Source: Octopus vulgaris (lineage: Eukaryota). Taken from it: 64,000 nt of DNA. This document shows positions 27,172-41,700 of this stretch, piece by piece; positions within the stretch are counted from its first letter, which is position 1; each line of letters opens with the position of its first letter. The DNA is taken from contig OX597814.1 of the NCBI GenBank assembly GCA_951406725.2, forward strand, positions 156,736,001-156,800,000. Reading direction: 5' to 3'. The notes under the pieces were generated by a model. It was not told the origin of the DNA, ran no database searches, and saw only the letters and a list, made by a program, of their open reading frames with translations. Both the position numbers and the translations under genes were made by a program.

Positions 27172-29329
27172 TGCATGCATGTGCATTTGTGCGCATGTGT
27201 ATTGTCAAATGCAGATGACAATTAAATAACTTCTTAATGATTATCCACGAATATTTTGAAATAAACACTATCATTGCTTAGGGTGTCCTGGCTGATTGTT
27301 ATTAAAAGAATGGAAATCTGGAATACATACCTAACAAGGTTAAATTCTAAATCAAATTGGAATTAACTTTCAGCTTATTCATTGAAATTAGATGAATGAC
27401 CACCATGAAGTTAAGCAACACTTTATATTTTTTGAGACCGATGCGTACAGGCCATCGCAGCAGAAGCTGGGGGTCAAGGCATGCACTGGCTTCACGCCCT
27501 TTGATTGAATATAAACGACTTTCAGTCAGGAGGAAAGGTAGTGCCCAATAAACCCTTAACGGGCCTCTAAACCTGATGGGAAGGAAGAAAGTTGGTATTT
27601 TCAAGCCAAAAGCCTGACCCATATACTTGCAATAGAGAAGATTCCACTAAAGGCAACCAAAGGAATAACAGATTAAGCCTACTGCACAAGTAAGCCTGGA
27701 AGGATTAGAACTCTGAATGCAGAAAGCTAGGATAAATACTGTAAGATATCTTACAGTTCAGCCAATCCATTGCATAGAACAGAGAGAGACAGGACACACT
27801 CTGAAAAGTAATCTATCCACCATTCTAACAACTCTGCCAATTTGTTTTGTGATTAACATCATCTGCATTATTTATTTATCAGTCAATGAGGCAGAAAGTA
27901 CAACACATGAGGAAAATGAGAACTCAACATGTAAGTAAGAACCCAAACTCTTCTAAAAAAAAAAAAAAAAATCTAACTGTGGTCACGTTACATACAAAGA
28001 ATACATGCACTTTTCAACCTTTTGAGGATGGTCACGTCCTTACTTTTGTTTCACTAAAGATTAAATATTTCATTAAAAGAAACATTTCTTTTTTACCATT
28101 TAAACATTATCCAGTCATAAAATAAAAGATGTTTGAGCTTACGTGTGTGTGTAAGCATTAGTGGACAGACAGAGAAAAAAAAAAGAAAGAAATCAGACAC
28201 AAATATTTTGACTTAGAATAATTTTTCAATTTATCCATAAATTGCAATGTTTTAAAATGTCATAATACACAAGTTGAACAGCATTATAAACAAAAATTTG
28301 ACAAGGCTTTCCACTTTTGCAAATCTCTGAATAGCAGACATATACATTTTATTGGGTACATTCTCAATCCAAAGCAATAAACAAAAGTAAGGAGTTAAAT
28401 TCCAAGAATCAGAAATTTCAGAATAAATCAGGTAAAAGATGTTCATTTTGCTACTAGGCTCTCCAGTAATAATAATCAATAGAAATATTCTGCCAAATCA
28501 CGAAATACATCTCAAAAACATTAATGGAATTTTACTATTAGGAGTATATTTCCAAACAAGTTGGCTCTGTTGTTAGTTATTCATCCCCTGAGGATTTCTT
28601 TCTCCACATGATGCAAATATGTTGAATTGATATACAAACTCATCACAGAGTACATATGTATACATGGCATGTAAAAAGCACCCACTACACTCTTGGAGTG
28701 GTTGGTGTTAGGAAGGGCATCCGGCCATAGAAACCCTGCCAAATCAGAATGAAACTTGGCAGTCCCCTAACTTACCAGTTTTCAGTCAAACCATCGAACC
28801 CATGTCAGCATGGAAAGCGGACATTAAACAATGATGATGACCAACATATACACAAATACACATACATGCATATATATGTGTGTGTATGAGTCGATATATA
28901 TATATATATATATATAAATAATCTTTCAAAACATATAAAGAGATACATTCCAAAGCAAGAGTCTACAAAAGTGCTCAATAAACTAATGTTTAGAGCTTTA
29001 TATTATGTCGACAAACTAAGTGAAATAAAACTTCTAAGACTGTGTTGATAGGCAGAGACATTACTGTCATTAACAAATTTATTTTGCAGTCACATGATTT
29101 CAAGTTCAGTTCCACTGAATGGCATTTTGGGCATGTGCCTTCTACAATAGTCCTGACATAACCAATACTTTGTGAATGAATTTGGTAAACAAAAACTGTG
29201 CTAAAGCCTTTCACAGAGTGAGAGAGAGTTCATACTACAAAGAGGGCTGCAGGGTTATTTACACATTGAGGATAAAAGTTTGCATATTTAATGCATGCAT
29301 GTAAATTTTACAGCTTACACATGTACACG

Positions 29330-29590
29330 GTCTATCAGGTAGTACTAGGAAGAGTCATAACCAATGACTTATGTAACAGAATAATCATCAGCTGTTACAA
29401 GAGCAAAGAAAATTTTCTGAAAAGAAGCAATTATAGGAACATAACACTAATGGAACAAGTCATTGAAAGGAACAAAAAGAATTATAGACCTGATTAGGAA
29501 GAGAATTAATTAAGGTGAATCAGTGCCAGGACAGGGGACCTTTTATATCCTCTTTCTTGTGAGACAATTACAGAAGTTCAGAGCACGCCA
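29330..29590 (+). mobile_element. Highly decayed RTE reverse-transcriptase N-terminal fragment
   Basis: SCYKSKENFLKRSNYRNITLM and VPGQGT...FLVRQLQK resemble YKGKGD...NYRGIKL and PGRGTTDAIF..RQLQEK. Confidence 0.7.
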
Positions 29591-30770
29591 TTATATCTTG
29601 TCAAATCTTGAGCCCTCAACTCCTAATAGTCAAAGGAGTACTAGCATCACATATAGCATGTCTTGGGACAGTTTTTAGACTGAATAGAGACTGCTTCTCA
29701 CTAGGTCTGATCACAAGTAATTTCTTCCAGAAAAAGAAACAGACAGAAAGAATCAATCTCAGTGCAGTCCTAGTACTTTATCAATAGATCCTTCCCCACA
29801 AAAAAACCAAAAAAAACATGAACAGCTAAGTCAACTACAACAGTATTTGAACTCAGAGTACAAATAGTTGGAACAAATCTCACAAGGCAATTTATTCGAT
29901 GACCTAATGACTCAACCAATTTACTATCTATCTTGAGCTCATAAACCAAATGCAAAACATCCTCCCAACATTTATTCCCTGTGTGAACCATTCATCTCTG
30001 CAACAACACTTCCACAAATTCCCATTGAAACTATAAATCAAAAAAGTAAATTTAAGAGAAACTGCCAGAGCAAAAATAACAACAATAACAATATCAAAGA
30101 TGATAATAACACTAATAATAACATAATATACAATGAAATTAAAAGATTGGTAAATAGGCAAGCACTAATTCATATTCTTTTGTTGATTTATGTGTAAGTG
30201 AATATTTTACTAACAAAACAAAATAAAGTTCATTATTTGAATGATTTCAAACTTAACAGATCGATCAAACAGTATTTAGACGTTTGGTACAAGAGTGTGA
30301 GGAAGATATTATTACATATAGTTAAAGCAAACTCAGATGCTAATTCCCTTGGTGATGATCAGTCTTCTGTGAGGAAACAAAGAGTTCTATCAAAGAGTAA
30401 AAATTTAGCAGTGTGTGCGAACAAGAAACATCATAACCTGGAAGGAAGGAAGGAGGGGAAATTGATGGATGGCAGGATTGGTAGAATGGCAGACAAAATC
30501 CCTAATAACAGTCAGTTACATCCTTTTCCTTTCTGAGTTCAATTCCTGCAGGAGTTGACTTGCTGTGTGGAATCTATAAATTATGTACCAGTCAAGCACT
30601 GGATTTACTGTGATTAATATACCCCATCTCCCAAATTTCTGGCCTAGTGTCAATACAAAAAGTTATCATCATCATCATCACCCTTATCATTATTGTTATT
30701 ATTATCATCATTATTATTTTTCATATTGTTATCATTATCATCATCATCATAATTATGATCATTATTATCA

Positions 30771-31693
30771 TCATCGTTTAACATCTGCTTTCCATGCTAG
30801 CATGGGTTGGATGGTTTGACTGAGGACTGGTGAGCCAGAGGCTGCACCAGGCTCAATCTGATCTGGCAAAGTTTCTACAGCTGGATGCCATTCCTAATGC
30901 CAACCCCTCCGAGAGTATAGTGGGTGCTTTTATGTGCCACCGGCATGAGGTTCCAGTCAGGTGGTTCTGGCAATGACCACTCTCAAAAGGTATTTTTACA
31001 TGTTACCTGCACAGAAGCCAGTCCAGCACAACTGGCAATGACCATGCTCGAATGTTGTTTTTCACGTGCCACCAGCACATGTGCTGGCAAGGCAACGCAA
31101 GCAACGATCACGCTTGAATAGTGCTTTTCACGTGTCACCGGCATGGGAGCCAATCTGTGGCCCTTGGCAACGATCATGCTTGGATGTACTTTTAACGTTC
31201 AACTGGCACAAGTGCCAATCAGGCAGTACTGTCATCGCCATGTCAGCGATTTTGATTTGTTTACATTTGCCTCAATAGGTCTTCGCAAGCAAAGTTCACT
31301 GTCCAATGAATGAGAGGTTCTCGTAAGTGTGCCAGTTACACCCCATGTTCGGATGTGCTTTTAACATTCCACAGGCATGAGTGCCAATTAGGTGGTACAG
31401 TCATTGGCCATGTCAGCAATTTTGATTTTGATTTCACTTGCCTCAATAGGTCTTCACAAGCAAAGTTTATTGTCCAATGAATGAGGGGCATCCATAAGTG
31501 GACTGGTTGCACCCACTGGCATAGGCCATGGGCTATGGTCTCACTTGGCTTGTCAGGTCTTCTCAAGCACAGCATATCTCCCAAAAGGTTGTGTTTCACC
31601 ACCTCATCCCAGGTTTTCCTGGGTCTACCTCTTCCACAGATTTCCTCAACAGCTACGGTGTGACACTTTTTCACACAGCTGTCCTCATTCATC
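30771..31693 (-). mobile_element. 5'-truncated RTE with ORF end and a 3' UTR containing several diverged ~60-bp units
   Basis: MNEDSCVKKCH...GRGRPRKTWDEVVKH on the minus strand; (CAT)n tail merges into the 30660-30775 microsatellite. Confidence 0.88.
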
Positions 31694-32020
31694 AACTAGT
31701 CCCCTCCGACCAAGATTTCAGGCCTTGTGCCTTTAGGAGAAAGGATTATTATTAGTTAAAGGAAATGGTAAAGTGGTAGCCTTCATATTTATTTACAAAC
31801 CTTTATGTATTGAGTTCAAATCCTTTTAAAGTCCACTTTCACTTTCATTATTCCAAAGAGTAGGGGATATCAATAAAATAAGTACCACCCCCAGGACTAG
31901 AGTCAGTTTCATTAACTATATTGTTATTACTAAAATGTGGAAAGAAAGGGTGCAGTGATGGACATGTCTTGGGCATATTAAGCTTTACAGAGCCCAGCCT
32001 GCATCAAGTTTGGCCATAGC

Positions 32021-32062
<42 letters not shown>

Positions 32063-32812
32063 CAGGAGGATTGAACTCAGTACTGGGTTTAAGGCCAAGT
32101 TGACCTAAGTAAAATCTGAACTCAAGGTATAGACCTGGAACAAATACATCAATGCATTCTAGCTAATATTCTCATAACTTCAACACAGACACGTACACAC
32201 TCACAAACATATACACATGAACATGTGCTAGGTTTTAAGAAGGTCAGTCTTGATAGCGGAAATGATATCTAGCTGTAGAAACCATGCTAACAAGGAAATG
32301 CATAAGCAAGGTGCAGCCCTCCAACGCAGATAGGTAGATAGTAATAACTCCAAATATGAAGTGACCAAGACCAGGATGAACCACCCAACGCATGCCAACA
32401 TGGAAAGCAGGCGTAAAATGACGCCAATGATAAGGATGATGCATATGTTTGCATGCACACACACATGCTTGTGTAGATGTATGCATTTACATAAATACAG
32501 AGGTAGGTGAAGTCTTCTGACTTACCAGTACTTGTGGAACTGTCCAACCCATGCCAGCATGGGGAAACAGACATTAAATGATGAAGATGATGATGATGAA
32601 AACCACACACAATTGTGCAAATGCACAAAGACACACATACATGCACAAACAAGTGCAAGTGTGACTGTGTGGTAAGAAGTTTGCTTCCCAACCACATGGT
32701 TCCAGGTTCGCTTCTACTGTGTGGCACCTTGGGCAAGTGTCTTCTACTATAGCCTCAGGCCGACCAATGCCTTGTGAGTGGATTTGGTAGACGGAAACTG
32801 AAAGAAGCCCAC

Positions 32813-32865
<53 letters not shown>

Positions 32866-33444
32866 ATATATATATACACACACACACATACATACATGTG
32901 ACTGTGTCTACCACTGCTCAACATTAACCAGTGTTGATGTGTTTATGTCCCTGTAACTTAGCTGTTCAGCAAAAGGGACTGACAGAATAAGAACCAGGCT
33001 TTTAAAAAAAAAAAAGCAAATAATTACTGGGATTGATTAGTTTAACTAAAACTCCTCAAGGTAGCAACCCAGCATGCCCACAGTCTAGTGACTGAAACAA
33101 GTGAAAAATAAAATAAAAGATAAACATACATAGAGAAGAAAATGGAAATAAAAGAAGAGAATTATATATGTTTAGAAACAGTGGATGTCTGTTTAACAAG
33201 GAAAGAAATAAAAGAAAAACACTTGTAATGTTGGCAATCATTAATAAACAATAGTAGAGGATTAAGAACAAACACGAGGAGTTAGAGCATACATAGATAA
33301 GCTTAAGCCAAATATACTCGGGTGTTCTGCACAGATTTGGATGGGATTAACTTCTTTTTAACTGTAATACTTTAGAATCTGTCCTGAAGTTGGTGTGGTG
33401 GATATCATCCTCAGTGTTTTCCAAAGAAATGGCAGTGATTGCGA

Positions 33445-33700
33445 CATGATGATGATGATGGTGAAGATGGTGGTGGTGGTAGTGGCGGTGGTGGTGATGG
33501 TGGTGGCTGCAGCAGCAGTGGCATTCATCATGATGATGAGGAGGAGGAACAGGAGTAGGAGGAGGATGGTGAGGATGACAGTGATTTTAAGGAAGTAGAT
33601 GATTGAGATAAGGTTGAGGAAGAGCTGGAGAGTGGTGGTGGTGGTGGTGGCAGTGATGCTGGTGATAATGTTTAAGATAAAGATGGTGATGGTGATGATA
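33445..33700. repeat. Mixed GAT/GGT/GGA trinucleotide low-complexity tract
   Basis: Directly visible. Confidence 0.85.
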
Positions 33701-33767
33701 TTTACAATAGTTCCTAGCAGCAGAAATTCTAAGACAGATAACAATGGATAATGTACAGATGAATAAA

Positions 33768-33825
<58 letters not shown>

Positions 33826-33981
33826 AGAGTGTGTTTGTGTGCTTTGTCAGCTCAGGAGATTTGATGAATTGAAAATCAAATCATTTTAAGTGTTGATGAA
33901 TAACAAGTATTAACAATACAAATTAAAATATGAACAATAAAGGCAGAAAATATGGTAAGGGGGACATAGACAGAGAGAAAC

Positions 33982-34038
<57 letters not shown>

Positions 34039-34467
34039 ATTAGACAAAGAGATAGACAGATAGAAGAATGCAGCAGATTTAACAGACAGCCTGAATGATA
34101 ACAGGTTGGACAGATCAACAGAACTTATGAACAATCAAATGCACATGTAGCCCTCCCACATGTAGCCCTCCCACATGTAGCCCTCCCACATGTTCATTCC
34201 TCTTCACTTTTTTTTTTTTGTCAGTTTAATAGTAATTCCATTGCTTCCAAAAGAATATGGATGGTTAAGTTGACTAAGACAGACTCCAAACCATACAATA
34301 GAAATTTGAAATTAAGCTTGCCAGTTCTAGAACTTCTAGTATCCACATCAACTCAGTTGCTACTTTACTTGATTGGCTGATGAAAGAATGATTTGATAAA
34401 CATGAAAATAATCCTATGAAGGGAGAAGGAGAAGTAGCAGGAAGAGTAGAGCACCAAATTAAATACA

Positions 34468-34865
34468 TCTTTATATATAAAAGTGAAGTTGTGTGTCTGT
34501 CTCCTACAATTTAGATTCCTAACTACCCCCACCTTTTGCAGTGCAGTTTAACCAAAACCGGGTATCTTATAGTCGTGATTCATATCGAGCCCTTCTGGGT
34601 ATTAGCGCGCGTCTACGATGAGTCTACGATTTTAAAAATAATTTGCCCTCATTTTTTTCCATTTTAATGCATTTTTTCGCTATTATATAAGGGAAGTAAC
34701 TCTCTAAAAATGTCTACGATGAGTCAATGATTTAAAAAAAAATTTACCATCATTCTTTTTCCATTTTTAATGCATTTTTTTGCTATTTTTTGGCTATAAC
34801 TCTCTAAAAATGCTTATATAGTTATTTCCCTTACAAATCCGAGCAACGCCGTGCGATACTGCTAG
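34468..34865 (+). mobile_element. Non-autonomous Helitron (~400 bp)
   Basis: Inserted A|TC...CTAG|T; 5' tctttatatataaaa; subterminal GC-rich hairpin remnant ccgagcaacgccgtgcg; internal ~100-bp duplication; no TSD. Confidence 0.88.
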
Positions 34866-34933
34866 TTTTAAATATTTAATTGAGAAGCCCTGTGATCAAT
34901 GTCATTCTACTTGTGACTATCCTATTTCTTTAA

Positions 34934-35478
34934 CCCTTTAGTTTTTAAACCAGCCATATCCGGCTCAAATATTCTACATGTTTTATATTCAAACTGGCAA
35001 TATCTAGCCTTTCACACCTCCCCTACATTGACACTCTAAAAATAAATAGTGACATTACTGAAACCTCAAAGCTATAAGATAATGCATGATTAATTCAATT
35101 TGATGATGATGAATTTGAATGAAGAAGTATTACATTTAACAATAATTTAAACACTAAAGGGTTAAGGTGATGTATAACAATATTATCTAATGTAGTCCCA
35201 AAATCTACAACCTCTTGTTCCTGTTAAAAAATATATATCACCCCTATTATATCTTTTTATTTATAGCACATATTTTTATCTGTATTGTTAATCTTTCAGT
35301 ATTCAGATTGCTCTGTCTAATGTAATGCTTATTTATCTTGTAGCTTCAATATTTCAATGATGCAATTGTATATCTTTAGAAAGACATTACAGGTTAGGTG
35401 TGAAAAGCTGGATCTGGCTGGTTTGAACGTAAAACAGAAATATTTTGGCTGGATATGACCAATTTAAATGCTAAAGGG
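34934..35478. mobile_element. Two piggyBac-type MITEs in opposite orientation (34934-35161, 35292-35478)
   Basis: ttaa-CCCTTTAG and ctaaaGGG-ttaa termini; bodies match 6648 and 5357. Confidence 0.8.
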
Positions 35479-36004
35479 TTAATACTTATTATTCATCATG
35501 GCTTAAAATAATACGATTTTCAATTCAGCAAATCTCCTGAGCTGACAAAGCACACACACATACACACACATATGCACACTCACACAAGCGCCTGTTCTTG
35601 TTCTTGTGTTCACCTAAATCATCACAATTTTACATTCATCATTCAATAGTGGCATGAGTAAGGTGGGTTTCACATAGTCATACTATTTGCCATGGTCCTG
35701 AATCATTCATCTCCCACAAACATGCAAGTTCCAAATTTAATCCACTGCCTAGTAAACTAGGTTCTTGGTAGCCTTTAGCAGAGATCACCCTGTTGTAAAC
35801 AGTTAGGTCAGGTTTCTGGTTTAAAGATACCTTCCTCTCTTCCACCAGTTTCAGGGGCCTTGAAAGGGTTATAGGCATTGCATGCACTTCCTCCCGATTA
35901 AGAGATAACGAAGAGTTAACTTGACAAATTTGTTCTTGTTTTTTTTTATTTTGTGCTTTGTTTTGTTTTTCATATTTTTTTTTTTAAAGTCGAGTACTTT
36001 TCCT

Positions 36005-36235
36005 TATTTCTTTACTACCCACAAGGGGCTACACACAGAGGGGACAAACAAGGACAGACAAACGGATTAAGTCGATTATATCAACCCCAGTGCATAACTG
36101 GTACTTATTTAATCGACCCCGAAAGGATAAAAGGCAAAGTTGACCTCGATGGAATTTGAACTCAGAACGTAGCAGCAGACGAAATACTGCTAAGCATTTC
36201 GCCCGGCATGCTAACATTTCTGCCAGCTCTGCCTT
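36005..36235 (-). mobile_element. SINE family B with ~19-bp TSD; other copies at 49180-49400 (-) and 49905-50100 (+)
   Basis: aaagtc(g/a)agtacttttcct on both flanks; reverse complement of 11186-11412. Confidence 0.9.
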
Positions 36236-37319
36236 AAAAGTCAAGTACTTTTCCTATCATTAACCATTTACAGTAGGGACTATGTGCATTTTATCATACT
36301 ACCAGCACTAGAGAGCTCTGCCTTGTAGCAGTTCTTATTTGGAGTTGCTGCTTTCTTAAGGTTACCATGAAACAAGTGGTGTTAATATAGTCTTCATTTA
36401 TTCCTGCAAAATCAATCATAATACTGTTCCTCTACATTCACTAGGGTTGTTTCTTTACTTTCTCGTCTCTTCATTTTCTAGGTGTCAACAAAACAGGTAC
36501 CAGTCATGTATTGGGATTAATTCATTCATTCACAGATCAGTGCCAATTTAAGAGATCAATATGCATATGACAAACGTTACAAGACTTAGAGATGCCAAAC
36601 AGAAGAACTACACAAACAAATGTTAGATGGGGAGGTGCTATTTGATGGAGATTTGGTTGCTATATCTAACAGACTGATGGCCCTTATAGAGAGCCCATTG
36701 CTAGTTTATATAGGAAAATGTAAATGAATCGATGAGAAAAGGAATTGAAAGAATTCATTGGTATCATATAACTGATATGATTAATGGAAACAAAAACATA
36801 TACAGACAGTAATGAAGGTTAAACAAGGTGGACTTAGACAGAAGTAGCTTGAATAAAATTTAGCTCAATAAGTGACTGAATTAAAGTGGATACTTGACCT
36901 AAGAATGAAATACTTTTCAACATTGCAGACCCACTTTACTGCATTAAACAGTATTTTAAATCAAGGATGAAGAGGAAGAGGAAAAGCAATGGAGATAAAC
37001 ATATGCAAAGATACTAATTCAGCTAATTGATGCCTATACCAGTTGAACGCAATCCAGATTGGACTGAATAATACCTAAAACAGTAGCCAAATCTTTCTCT
37101 CTCAAATCACATTGTATTTTTTAAGAAAAGAAATAATGAATTAAAAGTAGGAAGGACAGAATACTGTAGCTTGATTCAGATTATGCTTAAACAACAACAT
37201 CTCAAAAAAAAAAAGTAAAAAAAAAGGGCAAGGTGATCACGGTTGACCTGGTCCTAAACAACAGTAACAACCACCTCAAAATATAAGGTGAAAAAGTGAC
37301 ACAAATATAGCCTTACAAG

Positions 37320-37543
37320 TCTTTTACCTGTTCCAGTCATTTTGACTGCGTCCATGCTGGAGCATCACCTTTAGTCAAGCAAATCAACTCCAGGACTCAT
37401 TCTCTGTAAGCCTAGTACTTATTCTATTGGTCACTTTTGCCGAACCGCTAAGTTACGGGGACGTAAACACACCAGCATTGGTTGTCAAGCGGTATTGGGG
37501 GAACGAACATAGACACACAAACATATACACATATATATATATA
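37320..37543 (-). mobile_element. SINE family A, 3' half (5' half displaced to 47775-47961)
   Basis: Homology stops at the central (TA)n and resumes 10.2 kb later. Confidence 0.9.
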
Positions 37544-37617
37544 TATGATGAATAAAAGGGGACTGAGGGCCGAGCCCTGGTGTACCTCTACTTCAACCCG
37601 AAATTCTTCACTATATT

Positions 37618-38710
37618 CCCTTTTATTCATCATAGTCCTCCAGGCAATAACAGAGGAATTCAAAACAGGTTGCCCTGGGAGCTCCTCTATGCTGATGACC
37701 TGGCCCTCATAGCAGAATCACTACCGGAACTAAAAAAGAAATTTCGGGTGTGGAAACAAGGGTTAGAATCTAAGGGCCTTAGAGTAAATGTAGCGAAGAC
37801 CAAAGTTATAGTATGCAGAAAGGCGAACTCAGCACACACCCCATCGGGCAGGTGGCCCTGCTCGAGCTGTAAGAAAGGTGTAGGTAGAAACTCCATAAGA
37901 TGCACCCAGTGTAAGCTATGGACGCATAAGAGGTGCAGCAACATCAAAGGGAAATTAACTGATAAGATAGCTTTCATGTGCGGCAGATGCATAGGGACAA
38001 TAGACACCACAGATACTAAAAAAACAGATTCCATCACACTCCAGGGGGAGAAACTAGAAGTAGTTGATAGTTTCCGCTACCTGGTTGACCAAGTTAGTAG
38101 TGGGGGTGGATGCACAGAGAGTGTCACCATTAGAATACGAATAGCCTGGGTAAAGTTTAGAAAGCTCCTACCCATACTGGCGACAAAGGGTCTCTCACTC
38201 AGAGTGAAAGGTAGATTGTATGATGCATGTGTGCGAACCGCCATGCTTCACGGCAGTGAATCATGGGCCGTGACTGCAGAGGACATGCGTAGACTTGAAA
38301 GAAATGAAGCTAGCATGATCCGCTGGATGTGTAATGTCAGTGTAAATGCACGACAGAGTGTAAGCACCCTGAGAGAAATGCTAGGCATAAGAAGCATCAG
38401 ATGCGGTGTGCAAGAGCGACGCTTGCGATGGTATGGTCATGTACTGCGGATGGATGAGGAGAGATGTGTGAAGAAGTGCCACTCCCGAACAGTTGAAGGA
38501 ATCAGGGGGAGAGGTAGACCCAGGAAGACATGGGATGAGGTAGTCAAGCATGACCTCATAGCGTTGGGCCTCACTGAGGCAATGGCGAAGGACCGAGATC
38601 TCTGGAGATGTGCTGTGACTACTAAGACCCGAGATGCTTCCGGCACCAGTTCCGCATACCCCCTGCCCATACAAAGTACCCTGGATCCCGGAACATCTCG
38701 CTGTGCTTGA
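37618..38710 (+). pseudogene. RTE reverse transcriptase, C-terminal half with inserted C4HC3 finger; one 1-bp frameshift near 37673
   Basis: LLFIIVLQAITEEFKTGC/PWELLYADDLAL...GLRVNVAKTKV...LEVVDSFRYL...RLRWYGHVLRM...GRPRKTW; open to TGA at 38710. Confidence 0.93.
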
Positions 38711-41700
38711 GGAGACCTGTTGAGTCAAGTGCATATACATATACATGAACATCGATACATGAACATCAAATCAAATATCAATGGAAACAGTTGTTGATTC
38801 CTGTGCCGGGGACACATAAAAAGCACCATCCGAACGTGGCCGTTGCCAGTGCAGCCTCCCCTGGCTCCTGTGCCAGTGGCACATAAAAAGCACCATCCGA
38901 CCGTGACCGATGCCAACCCCGCCTCGAATGGCTTCTGTGCCGGTGGCACATGAACATCGAACCAAATATCAATGGAAACAGTAGTTGTGATACCTGTGCC
39001 GGTGACACATAAAAAGCACCATCCGAACGTGGCCGTTGCCAGTGCAGCCTCCACTGGCTTCTGTGCCAGTGACACATAAAAAGCACCAACCGATCGTGGG
39101 ATCCCGGAACATCTCGCTGTGCTTGAGGAGACCTGTTGAGTCAAGTGCATGTCCATGTACATGAGAATCGAACCAAATATCAATGGAAACAGTTGTAGTT
39201 GTGATACCTGTGTCGGTGACACACCGCCTCGAATGTCTTCTGTGCCGGTGGCACACACCAACCGATCGTGGGATCCCGGAACATCTCACTGTGCTTGAGG
39301 AAACCTGGTGAGTCAAGTGCATGTACCGGAACATCTCGCTGTGCTTGAGGAGACCTGTTGAGTCAAGTGCATGTACATGAGATTCGAACCAAATATCAAT
39401 GGAAACAGTAGTAGTTGTGATACCTGTGCCGGTGACACATAAAAAGCACCATCCGAACGTGGCCGTTGCCAGTGCAGCCTCCACTGGCTTCTGTGCCGGT
39501 GGCACATAAAAAGCTCCATCCGAACGTGACCGATGCCAACCCTGCCAGCACCATCCGAACGTGGCCGTTGCCAGTGCAGCCTCCACTGGCTTCTGTGCCG
39601 GTGGCACATAAAGAGCACCAACCGATCGTGGGATCCCGGAACATCTCGCTGTGCTTGAGGAGACCTGTTGAGTCATGTACATGTACATGAGAAGCGAACC
39701 AAATATCAATGGAAACAGTTGTAGTTGTGATACCTGTGCCGGTGACACAACGCCTCGAATGGCTTCTGTGCCGGTGGCACACACCAACCGATCGTGGGAT
39801 CCCGGAACATCTCGCTGTGCTTGAGGAGACCTGGTGAGTCAAGTGCATGTACCGGAACATCTCGCTGTGCTTGAGGAGACCTGTTGAGTCAAGTGCATGT
39901 ACATGTACATGAGAATCGTACCAAATATCAATGGAAACAGTTGTAGTTGTGATACCTGTGCCGGTGACACACCGCCTCGAATGGCTTCTGTGCCGGTGGC
40001 ACACACCAACCGATCGTGGGATCCCGGAACATCTCACTCTGCTGGAGGAGACCTGGTGAGTCAAGTGCATGTACCGGAACATCTCGCTGTGCTTGAGGAG
40101 ACCTGTTGAGTCAAGTACATGTACATGAGAATCGAACCAAATATCAATGGAAACAGTAGTAGTTGTGATACCTGTGCCGGTGACACATAAGAAGCACCAT
40201 CCGAACGTGGCCGTTGCCAGTGCGGCCTCCACTGGCTTCTGTGCCAGTGACACATAAAAAGCACCAACCGATCGTGGGATCCCGGAACATCTCGCTGTGC
40301 TTGAGGAGACCTGTTGAGTCAAGTGCATGTCCATGTACATGAGAATCGAACCAAATATCAATGGAAACAGTTGTAGTTGTGATACCTGTGCCGGTGACAC
40401 AACGCCTCGAATGGCTTCTGTGCTGGTGGCACACACCAACCGATCGTGGGATCCCGGAACATCTCGCTGTGCTTGAGGAGACCTGGTGAGTCAAGAGCAT
40501 GTACCGGAACATCTCGCTGTGCTTGAGGAGACCTGTTGAGTCAAGTGCATGTACATGAGAATCGAACCAAATATCAATGGAAACAGTAGTAGTTGTGATA
40601 CCTGTGCCGGTGACACATAAAAAGCACCATCCGAACGTGGCCGTTGCCAGTGCAGCCTCCCCTGGCTCCTGTGCCGGTGGCACATAAAAAGCACCATCCG
40701 ACCGTGACCGATGCCAACCCCGCCTCGAATGGCTTCTGTGCCGGTGGCACATGAACATCGAACCAAATATCAATGGAAACAGTAGTTGTGATACCTGTGC
40801 CGGTGACACATAAAAGGCACCATCCGAACGTGGCCGTTGCCAGTGCAGCCTCCACTGGCTTCTGTGCCAGTGACACATAAAAAGCACCAACCGATCGTGG
40901 GATCCCGGAACATCTCGCTGTGCTTGAGGAGACCTGTTGAGTCAAGTGCATGTCCATGTACATGAGAATCGAACCAAATATCAATGGAAACAGTTGTAGT
41001 TGTGATACCTGTGTCGGTGACACACCGCCTCGAATGTCTTCTGTGCCGGTGGCACACACCAACCGATCGTGGGATCCCGGAACATCTCACTGTGCTTGAG
41101 GAAACCTGGTGAGTCAAGTGCATGTACCGGAACATCTCGCTGTGCTTGAGGAGACCTGTTGAGTCAAGTGCATGTACATGAGATTCGAACCAAATATCAA
41201 TGGAAACAGTAGTAGTTGTGATACCTGTGCCGGTGACACATAAAAAGCACCATCCGAACGTGGCCGTTGCCAGTGCAGCCTCCACTGGCTTCTGTGCCGG
41301 TGGCACATAAAAAGCTCCATCCGAACGTGACCGATGCCAACCCTGCCAGCACCATCCGAACGTGGCCGTTGCCAGTGCAGCCTCCACTGGCTTCTGTGCC
41401 GGTGGCACATAAAGAGCACCAACCGATCGTGGGATCCCGGAACATCTCGCTGTGCTTGAGGAGACCTGTTGAGTCATGTACATGTACATAAGAAGCGAAC
41501 CAAATATCAATGGAAACAGTTGTAGTTGTGATACCTGTGCCGGTGACACAACGCCTCGAATGGCTTCTGTGCCGGTGGCACACACCAACCGATCGTGGGA
41601 TCCCGGAACATCTCGCTGTGCTTGAGGAGACCTGGTGAGTCAAGTGCATGTACCGGAACATCTCGCTGTGCTTGAGGAGACCTGTTGAGTCAAGTGCATG

